Shown here piece by piece: positions 56,782 through 64,000 of a stretch of DNA of 64,000 nt. Each line of letters begins with the position of its first letter. Within the stretch, counting starts at the first letter, position 1. A program made the translations under genes and the position numbers. This DNA comes from an uncultured Rhodocyclaceae bacterium (GTDB lineage: Bacteria > Pseudomonadota > Gammaproteobacteria > Burkholderiales > Rhodocyclaceae). Below the pieces are notes generated by a model. That model was not told the DNA's origin, did not search any database, and saw nothing but the letters and a program-made list of their open reading frames with translations. Location: positions 30,434 to 94,433 of the forward strand of contig CALKIH010000030.1 of NCBI GenBank assembly GCA_937995335.1, given 5' to 3'.

Positions 56782-57402
56782 ATGGAACTCAAACTATTGA
56801 ATGAGCGTGGCGAGCAGGCCTCGACACTGCAGGCGTCGGACACATTGTTCGCGCGTGAGTACAACGAGGCGCTGGTGCATCAGGTTGTCGTCGCCTATAT
56901 GGCGAATGCGCGATCGGGCAATCGTGCGCAGAAGGGGCGTGCGGAGATCGCCAAGTCGACCCGCAAGCCGTGGCGCCAGAAGGGTACGGGGCGTGCCCGC
57001 GCTGGTATGGCGTCGAGCCCGATCTGGCGTGGGGGCGGCAAGGCGTTTCCAAGCTCGCCTGACGAGAATTTCTCCCACAAGCTCAACCGGAAAATGTTCC
57101 GCGCTGGCGTCGCTGCGATTCTGTCGCAGTTGGCGCGCGAGGGGCGGTTGGCTGTGGTTGAGGATTTCAGCGTCGAGGCGCCCAAGACCAAGCTGCTGAA
57201 TGACAAGCTGAAGGGTATGGGTCTCGATTCGGTTCTGGTCATCACCGATCAGTTCGATGAGAACCTGTTCCTGTCGGCGCGCAATCTGCACAAGGTTCTG
57301 GTGCTGGAAGTGTCTGAAACGGATCCCGTTTCCCTGGTGCATTATCAAAACGTGATCGTGACCAAGGGTGCGCTGGCCAAGATGGAGGAGGTCTGGCAAT
57401 GA
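56782..57402 (+). CDS. rplD: 50S ribosomal protein L4
   Basis: 206 aa, at the conserved position in the S10 operon. Confidence 0.98.
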   Translation: MELKLLNERGEQASTLQASDTLFAREYNEALVHQVVVAYMANARSGNRAQKGRAEIAKSTRKPWRQKGTGRARAGMASSPIWRGGGKAFPSSPDENFSHKLNRKMFRAGVAAILSQLAREGRLAVVEDFSVEAPKTKLLNDKLKGMGLDSVLVITDQFDENLFLSARNLHKVLVLEVSETDPVSLVHYQNVIVTKGALAKMEEVWQ

Positions 57403-57704
57403 GCGAATTTAGCCAGGAGCGTCTGATGCAGGTGTTGCTCGCGCCCCAGATCTCCGAAAAGGCGACGTACATCGCCGACAGGAATGAGCAAGTGGTGTTC
57501 AAGGTTGCGTCCACCGCGACCAAGCCCGAAGTGAAGGCGGCTGTCGAGCTGCTTTTCAAGGTCGGCGTCGAGTCGGTGCAGATTCTGAACGTCAAGGGTA
57601 AGGTCAAGCGTTTTGGCAAGATGACCGGTCGTCGCAAGGGCTGGAAGAAGGCGTTCGTGTGCCTCAAGCCGGGCCAGGAAATCAACTTCGCGTCCGGGGA
57701 GTAA
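57399..57704 (+). CDS. rplW: 50S ribosomal protein L23
   Basis: 101 aa. ...[11 protein letters not shown]... Overlaps rplD by 4 nt. Confidence 0.98.
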   Translation: MSEFSQERLMQVLLAPQISEKATYIADRNEQVVFKVASTATKPEVKAAVELLFKVGVESVQILNVKGKVKRFGKMTGRRKGWKKAFVCLKPGQEINFASGE

Positions 57705-57710
57705 TCAGTC

Positions 57711-58538
57711 ATGGCACTCGTAAAACTCAAACCAACGTCGGCTGGCCGGCGGGCGATGGTGAAGGTCGTCAATAAGGATCTTCATAAGGGCAAGCCGTAT
57801 GCGCCGTTGCTGGAAAGCAAGAGCCGCAACGGTGGTCGCAACAACAACGGGCACATTACTGTTCGGCATCAAGGGGGCGGTCACAAACAGCATTATCGTG
57901 TGATCGACTTCCGTCGTGACAAGGATGGCATCGTCGGTCGCGTTGAACGTGTCGAATACGACCCTAATCGCTCCGCCCATATCGCGCTGGTCTGCTATGC
58001 GGACGGCGAGCGTCGCTACATCATCGCGCCGAAGGGGCTCGAGATCGGCCAGCAGTTGCTGAGCGGTTCCGAAGCGCCGATCAAGTCGGGCAACGCCCTG
58101 CCGATCCGTAATATTCCGGTCGGCTCGACGATTCACTGCGTCGAGTTGATGCCGGGCAAGGGTGCGCAGATCGCGCGTTCAGCGGGGGCTTCGGTGCAGC
58201 TGCTCGCGCGTGAAGGGGCGTATGCCCAGATTCGTCTGCGCTCCGGCGAAGTTCGCCTGGTTCATGTCGAATGTCGCGCCACCATCGGCGAGGTCGGAAA
58301 CTCCGAGCACGGACTGCGCAAGATTGGCAAGGCCGGTGCAAACCGTTGGCGCGGTATTCGTCCGACCGTGCGCGGTACCGCGATGAACCCGGTCGACCAC
58401 CCGCATGGCGGTGGTGAAGGACGTACCGGTGAAGGCGGTGTTCCGCGTAGTCCGTGGGGTCAGCCTGCGAAGGGATATCGGACGCGCAGCAACAAGCGTA
58501 CCGATGGCATGATCGTCCAGCGTCGCCACAAGCGCTAA
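57711..58538 (+). CDS. rplB: 50S ribosomal protein L2
   Basis: 275 aa. [19 protein letters not shown]... and ...[10 protein letters not shown]... Confidence 0.99.
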   Translation: MALVKLKPTSAGRRAMVKVVNKDLHKGKPYAPLLESKSRNGGRNNNGHITVRHQGGGHKQHYRVIDFRRDKDGIVGRVERVEYDPNRSAHIALVCYADGERRYIIAPKGLEIGQQLLSGSEAPIKSGNALPIRNIPVGSTIHCVELMPGKGAQIARSAGASVQLLAREGAYAQIRLRSGEVRLVHVECRATIGEVGNSEHGLRKIGKAGANRWRGIRPTVRGTAMNPVDHPHGGGEGRTGEGGVPRSPWGQPAKGYRTRSNKRTDGMIVQRRHKR

Positions 58539-58548
58539 GGGGTAAGTA

Positions 58549-58824
58549 ATGGCACGTTCAATCAAAAAGGGCCCGTTTGTCGACGCACATCTGCTCAAGA
58601 AAGTGGATGCTTCGCGCGCAAGCAACGACAAGCGCCCGATCAAGACCTGGTCGCGTCGTTCGACGGTTCTGCCTGACTTCGTCGGTTTGACCATCGCGGT
58701 GCATAACGGCCGTCAACATGTCCCGGTCTTCGTTTCCGAGAACATGGTCGGTCACAAGCTCGGTGAGTTTGCGCTCACGCGTACCTTCAAGGGGCACGCT
58801 GCGAGCAAGAAGGCAAAGAGGTAA
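58549..58824 (+). CDS. rpsS: 30S ribosomal protein S19
   Basis: [19 protein letters not shown]... Confidence 0.99.
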   Translation: MARSIKKGPFVDAHLLKKVDASRASNDKRPIKTWSRRSTVLPDFVGLTIAVHNGRQHVPVFVSENMVGHKLGEFALTRTFKGHAASKKAKR

Positions 58825-58831
58825 TCGCCAA

Positions 58832-59161
58832 ATGGAAACCAAAGCCATTCTTCGTGGTGTGCGACTGTCCGCGCAAAAGGGACGCCTGGTGGCTGATCAG
58901 GTCCGCGGAAAGCCGGTCGATCAGGCGATCAACATTCTCGCTTTCTCGCCGAAAAGAGGCGCTCAGATCATTCGTAAGGTCGTGGAGTCGGCGATCGCGA
59001 ATGCCGAGCACAACGATGGTGCCGACATCGATGATTTGAAGGTCAAGACCATCTATGTCGAAGAAGGTACATCGTTGAAGCGTTTCGCTGCGCGTGCCAA
59101 GGGCCGTGGGAATCGCATCCTCAAGCCCACATGTCACATCTACGTGACCGTTGGGGAATAA
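58832..59161 (+). CDS. rplV: 50S ribosomal protein L22
   Basis: ORF 58718..59161 trimmed to ATG 58832 ([26 protein letters not shown]...). Confidence 0.98.
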   Translation: METKAILRGVRLSAQKGRLVADQVRGKPVDQAINILAFSPKRGAQIIRKVVESAIANAEHNDGADIDDLKVKTIYVEEGTSLKRFAARAKGRGNRILKPTCHIYVTVGE

Positions 59162-59170
59162 GGAAAGACT

Positions 59171-59969
<799 letters not shown>

Positions 59970-59986
<17 letters not shown>

Positions 59987-60383
59987 AAGAAAATACCGGA
60001 AAGAACAGAAAGGTCGTAACACCGGTGTCGCGACGCGTGGCGCGAAAGTCAGTTTCGGTGAGTTCGGTCTGAAGGCGGTCGGGCGTGGGCGGCTTACCGC
60101 TCGGCAGATCGAGTCTGCTCGGCGTGCGATGACCCGTCATATCAAGCGGGGCGGCCGGATCTGGATCCGGATTTTCCCTGACAAGCCGATCTCGAAGAAG
60201 CCGGCGGAAGTGCGGATGGGTAATGGTAAAGGCAGCCCCGAATACTGGGTTGCCGAAATCCAGCCGGGTAAGGTGTTGTACGAAATGGACGGTGTGAGCG
60301 AGGAGCTCGCGCGCGAGGCGTTCCGTCTCGCTGCTGCCAAGCTTCCGCTTGAAACGACCTTTGTTCACCGTCATCTGGGGTAA
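59970..60383 (+). CDS. rplP: 50S ribosomal protein L16
   Basis: [19 protein letters not shown]... Overlaps the rpsC 3' end by 17 nt. AGGAG lies 5 nt upstream. Confidence 0.98.
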
Positions 60384-60385
60384 TC

Positions 60386-60580
60386 ATGAAAGCGAGTGAG
60401 CTTCGCGCCAAAAGCGTGGCAGAAATCAACAATGAATTGCTTGAATTGCTCAAGGCCCAGTTTTCGCTGCGTATGCAGCTGGCCACCCAGCAGCTCGGCA
60501 ACACGAGTCAACTCAAGAAGGTTCGTCGTGACATCGCACGTGTGCGTACCCTTCTGACGGAAAAGGCGGCTGAGAAATGA
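60386..60580 (+). CDS. rpmC: 50S ribosomal protein L29
   Basis: 64 aa. [31 protein letters not shown]... Confidence 0.98.
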   Translation: MKASELRAKSVAEINNELLELLKAQFSLRMQLATQQLGNTSQLKKVRRDIARVRTLLTEKAAEK

Positions 60581-60846
60581 CCGAGCAGGCTGAAAAGGTT
60601 AGGCGCGCCCTGGTGGGGCGCGTGGTCAGCGACAAGATGCAGAATACCGTGACGGTATTGGTCGAGCGTCGGGTCAAGCACGAGCTGTACGGCAAGATCA
60701 TCACCCGTTCCGCGAAGTATCATGCACACGTCGAAGACGGTGTCGCGGCGCAAGGTGATCTGGTTGAAATCGAGGAATGTCGTCCGATCTCCAAGACGAA
60801 GACCTGGCGGGTAAGCAAGGTTGTCGAAAAGGCCCGGATCATTTAA
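60577..60846 (+). CDS. rpsQ: 30S ribosomal protein S17
   Basis: 89 aa. ...[24 protein letters not shown]... Confidence 0.98.
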   Translation: MTEQAEKVRRALVGRVVSDKMQNTVTVLVERRVKHELYGKIITRSAKYHAHVEDGVAAQGDLVEIEECRPISKTKTWRVSKVVEKARII

Positions 60847-60983
60847 CTGGCACTTTTGTCGGGGTGGCTTGGCTTTTCAAAGCCGAGCTGCTAAACTCTC
60901 GGTCTTTGCTGTAACTCGTAAGTTTTCACACCCGTACGGGTTCCAAGACTGACCGCTTTGCGGGGCAAGTTGGAGATAAATTC

Positions 60984-61352
60984 ATGATTCAAATGCAGTC
61001 CAGGCTGGACGTAGCCGACAATTCGGGCGCGCGTTCGGTGATGTGTATCAAGGTGTTGGGTGGCTCGAAGCGCCGCTACGCCGGGATCGGCGACGTGATC
61101 AAGGTTTCGATCAAGGATGCTGCTCCGCGTGGTCGTGTGAAAAAGGGTGATGTCTATAATGCCGTCGTCGTTCGCACCGCCAAAGGCGTGCGTCGTCCGG
61201 ATGGCTCCCTGATTCGCTTCGATGGCAATGCCGCCGTTTTGCTGAACAACAAGCTCGAGCCAATCGGCACGCGTATCTTTGGGCCGGTCACCCGCGAGTT
61301 GCGCGGTGAGAAGTTCATGAAGATCGTCTCGCTTGCGCCTGAAGTGCTGTAA
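60984..61352 (+). CDS. rplN: 50S ribosomal protein L14
   Basis: [33 protein letters not shown]... Confidence 0.99.
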   Translation: MIQMQSRLDVADNSGARSVMCIKVLGGSKRRYAGIGDVIKVSIKDAAPRGRVKKGDVYNAVVVRTAKGVRRPDGSLIRFDGNAAVLLNNKLEPIGTRIFGPVTRELRGEKFMKIVSLAPEVL

Positions 61353-61362
61353 GGGGTTTCAG

Positions 61363-61680
61363 ATGAACAAGATCCGCAAGGGTGATGAAGTAATCGTTCT
61401 CGCCGGTAAAGACAAGGGTCGTCGCGGTGTGGTGCTGGCGCGCGTTGATGATGAGCATGTGCTCGTCGAAGGGGTCAATCGCGTCAAGAAGCATGTGCGT
61501 CCGAATCCGGTCAAGGGTGAGACGGGCGGTATCGTCGAGCGGGCGATGCCGATCCATATTTCCAATGTTGCGTTGTTCAATCCTGTGTCGCAGTCGGCTG
61601 ATCGCGTCGGGATCAAGGTGCTTGAGGATGGGCGCAAGGCGCGATTCTTCAAGTCGAACGGCGAACTGGTCGACGCTTAA
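61363..61680 (+). CDS. rplX: 50S ribosomal protein L24
   Basis: ORF 61333..61680 trimmed to ATG 61363 ([19 protein letters not shown]...). Confidence 0.98.
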   Translation: MNKIRKGDEVIVLAGKDKGRRGVVLARVDDEHVLVEGVNRVKKHVRPNPVKGETGGIVERAMPIHISNVALFNPVSQSADRVGIKVLEDGRKARFFKSNGELVDA

Positions 61681-61689
61681 GGAGTGGTG

Positions 61690-62229
61690 ATGGCGCGCTT
61701 GCAGCAGTTTTACAAAGAGACCGTCGCACCCGGATTGCTTCAGCAATTTGGTTACAAGTCGGTCATGCAGGTTCCTCGGATCTCGAAGATCACGTTGAAC
61801 ATGGGTGTTGGCGAGGCGGTCGGCGACAAAAAGATTCTGGAGCATGCGGTTTCCGACATGACCAAGATCGCCGGCCAAAAACCCGTTGTCACCAAGGCAA
61901 AGAAGTCGATCGCAGGCTTCAAGATTCGTGATGGCTATCCGATCGGCTGCATGGTGACCCTGCGCGGCCCGAAAATGTACGAATTTCTTGATCGTCTGGT
62001 GACGATCGCGATGCCGCGTATTCGGGATTTTCGCGGTATCGGCGGCAAAGGGTTTGACGGGCGGGGAAATTTCAACCTTGGCGTCAAAGAGCAGATCATT
62101 TTCCCGGAAATCGAGTACGACAAGATCGATGTGCTCCGCGGGATGAACATCAGCATCACGACGACAGCCAAAACCGATCAGGAAGCGCGGGCGTTGTTGG
62201 CGGCGTTCAAGTTTCCTTTTAAGAATTGA
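61690..62229 (+). CDS. rplE: 50S ribosomal protein L5
   Basis: ORF 61684..62229 started at ATG 61690 ([10 protein letters not shown]...), with GGAG 5 nt upstream. Confidence 0.98.
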   Translation: MARLQQFYKETVAPGLLQQFGYKSVMQVPRISKITLNMGVGEAVGDKKILEHAVSDMTKIAGQKPVVTKAKKSIAGFKIRDGYPIGCMVTLRGPKMYEFLDRLVTIAMPRIRDFRGIGGKGFDGRGNFNLGVKEQIIFPEIEYDKIDVLRGMNISITTTAKTDQEARALLAAFKFPFKN

Positions 62230-62236
62230 GGGTGTT

Positions 62237-62542
62237 ATGGCGAAACTGGCTCTGATCAATCGTGAGGAAAAGCGTCGCAAGACGGTGGCAAAGTTCGCCG
62301 CCAAGCGTGCCGACCTTTTTGCACAGATCAACGATACAAAGCTGTCGGACGACGAGCGGATGGCTGCGCGCTTGAAGCTGCAGCAGTTGCCGCGTAACGC
62401 AAGTCCGGTGCGCGAACGTCGCCGCTGCGAGCTGACGGGGCGTCCGCGTGGTGTATTCCGCAAGTTCGGACTGTGCCGTAACAAGCTTCGCGACCTGGCA
62501 TTCCGGGGCGAAGTGCCTGGCGTGACCAAGGCGAGCTGGTAA
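62237..62542 (+). CDS. rpsN: 30S ribosomal protein S14
   Basis: 101 aa. [17 protein letters not shown]... and C-terminal ...[11 protein letters not shown]. Confidence 0.98.
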   Translation: MAKLALINREEKRRKTVAKFAAKRADLFAQINDTKLSDDERMAARLKLQQLPRNASPVRERRRCELTGRPRGVFRKFGLCRNKLRDLAFRGEVPGVTKASW

Positions 62543-62554
62543 GGAGAATATCAG

Positions 62555-62950
62555 ATGAGTATGTCCGATCCCATCGCCGATATGTTGACCCGGATTCGCA
62601 ACGGCCAGCAGGCTCAAAAAATCTCGGTGTCGATGCCGAGTTCTAAAGTCAAGATTGCGATCGCCAAGGTTCTGAAAGAAGAGGGTTATATCGAAGAGTT
62701 CTCGGTGCGTGAGAACGGCGGCAAACCCGAACTCGACGTGGCACTCAAGTATTATGCGGGCCGCCCGGTGATCGAGCGCCTGGAGCGTGTCAGCCGTCCC
62801 GGTCTGCGCGTCTACAAGGGAAGCGAAAAGCTGCCCACCGTCATGAACGGGCTCGGTGTGGCGATCGTGTCGACGCCGCGGGGTGTCATGACCGATCGTG
62901 CAGCACGTGCTGGTCGCGTCGGCGGCGAAGTCATTTGCTACGTCGCTTAA
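62555..62950 (+). CDS. rpsH: 30S ribosomal protein S8
   Basis: [20 protein letters not shown]... Confidence 0.99.
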   Translation: MSMSDPIADMLTRIRNGQQAQKISVSMPSSKVKIAIAKVLKEEGYIEEFSVRENGGKPELDVALKYYAGRPVIERLERVSRPGLRVYKGSEKLPTVMNGLGVAIVSTPRGVMTDRAARAGRVGGEVICYVA

Positions 62951-62959
62951 GGGGGAATC

Positions 62960-63493
62960 ATGTCTCGTGTAGCTAAGAACCCGATCGTGGTTCCCGCCGG
63001 TGTCGATGTGACGATCAATGCCGGTGCTGTGACGGTGAAAGGCCCGTTGGGCTCGCTGACGCAGCAACTCGGCCAGACGGTCGAAGTAGTGCGTGAAGGC
63101 AACGCGCTGTTGTGCAAGCCGCGCGCGGGTGTGGCGAATTCCGGTGCGATGTCGGGCACCGTGCGTGCATTGTTGAACAATATGGTAACCGGCGTCAGCA
63201 AGGGTTTCGAGAAGAAGCTCAATCTGGTCGGCGTCGGCTATCGCGCGCAGGCGCAAGGCGACAAGCTGAACCTGTCGCTCGGGTTCTCGCATCCGGTGGT
63301 GCATCAGATGCCCGTCGGCGTGAAGGTCGAGACGCCGACGCAGACCGAAATTCTGATCAAGGGTATCGACAAGCAGCAGATCGGCCAAGTCGCGGCCGAA
63401 GTGCGTGCTTACCGCCAGCCTGAGCCCTACAAGGGCAAGGGCGTCCGCTACGCGGATGAGGTGGTGGTGCTCAAGGAAACCAAGAAGAAGTAA
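62960..63493 (+). CDS. rplF: 50S ribosomal protein L6
   Basis: [22 protein letters not shown]..., 177 aa. Confidence 0.99.
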   Translation: MSRVAKNPIVVPAGVDVTINAGAVTVKGPLGSLTQQLGQTVEVVREGNALLCKPRAGVANSGAMSGTVRALLNNMVTGVSKGFEKKLNLVGVGYRAQAQGDKLNLSLGFSHPVVHQMPVGVKVETPTQTEILIKGIDKQQIGQVAAEVRAYRQPEPYKGKGVRYADEVVVLKETKKK

Positions 63494-63505
63494 GGGCGGT
63501 TCGAC

Positions 63506-63859
63506 ATGAACAAAAAAGAAGTTCGCCTGCGTCGTGCTCGTAAAACCCGAGCGAAGATCGCAGAACTCAAAGCGGTGCGCCTGACTGTGTTCCGGTCCAA
63601 CTCGCACATCTACGCCCAGGTGATATCCGGGTGTGGCTCGCGCGTCATCGCGGCGGCCTCGACGGTCGAGCCCGCTGTGCGTAGCCAGGTGAGCAATGGT
63701 GGCAACACCGAGGCTGCAACGCTGGTCGGCAAGCTGATCGCCGAACGAGCCAAGTCTGCCGGCGTCGACACGGTCGCATTCGATCGCGCAGGTTTCCTTT
63801 ATCACGGTCGCGTCAAGGCGCTGGCCGAGGCCGCCCGCGAAGGCGGCCTCCAGTTCTAA
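63506..63859 (+). CDS. rplR: 50S ribosomal protein L18
   Basis: [21 protein letters not shown]..., 117 aa. Confidence 0.98.
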   Translation: MNKKEVRLRRARKTRAKIAELKAVRLTVFRSNSHIYAQVISGCGSRVIAAASTVEPAVRSQVSNGGNTEAATLVGKLIAERAKSAGVDTVAFDRAGFLYHGRVKALAEAAREGGLQF

Positions 63860-63871
63860 ACGGGGTTCCAG

Positions 63872-64000
63872 ATGGCCAAGCAACAAACCAAGCGTTCGCA
63901 GGCTCCGGAAGAGCGGGGTGACGATCTTCGCGAGAAGATGGTTGCGATCAACCGTGTGACGAAGGTCGTCAAGGGTGGTCGGATTCTCGGCTTCGCCGCG
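63872..64000 (+). CDS. rpsE: 30S ribosomal protein S5, 5' part only (runs off the window)
   Basis: My own translation from ATG 63872: [43 protein letters not shown]... At the conserved position after rplR. Confidence 0.93.
   Translation, partial: MAKQQTKRSQAPEERGDDLREKMVAINRVTKVVKGGRILGFAA

Overview
This is a high-GC (~65%) chromosomal segment from a proteobacterium. Gene order and protein sequences look betaproteobacterial, but that lineage call is inference.

The left ~37 kb carries signalling and acyl-CoA / organic-acid metabolism genes:
- a partial VOC/epimerase-like gene;
- a periplasmic binding protein translationally coupled to a HAMP-GGDEF cyclase;
- a PAS hybrid kinase with an OmpR-type regulator;
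- the fused isobutyryl-CoA mutase IcmF;
- two complete LIV-type ABC importers, the second bracketed by two AMP-forming CoA ligases and followed by a family III CoA-transferase and an AEC permease;
- class II fumarase;
- a PhaM-like PHA-granule protein;
- a second hybrid kinase with a LuxR-type regulator;
- an orphan ParA-like ATPase;
- a membrane-anchored methyltransferase;
- a fused indolepyruvate:ferredoxin-oxidoreductase-family enzyme;
- a GlcD-like FAD oxidase.

The right ~27 kb is the core cluster tRNA(Tyr,Gly,Thr)-tuf-tRNA(Trp)-secE-nusG-rplKAJL-rpoBC-rpsLG-fusA-tuf-S10-spc, running to the start of rpsE.

I saw no transposase, integrase, phage, CRISPR, toxin-antitoxin or recognisable defence genes, so I do not claim a new multi-gene system here. 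The observations most worth follow-up are:
1. A ~35-nt upstream element shared by three operon leaders.
2. An orphan binding protein coupled to a diguanylate cyclase.
3. A perfect palindromic operator over the icmF promoter.
4. A Fur-box-like site upstream of fumC.
5. A degenerate receiver domain in the second hybrid kinase.
6. An orphan ParA-like ATPase and a membrane methyltransferase trailing the oxidoreductase genes.
7. Terminator-like hairpins inside the ribosomal-protein operons.

All CDS coordinates include the stop codon. Several starts were moved inward from the ORF track using Shine-Dalgarno position and N-terminal alignment from memory.
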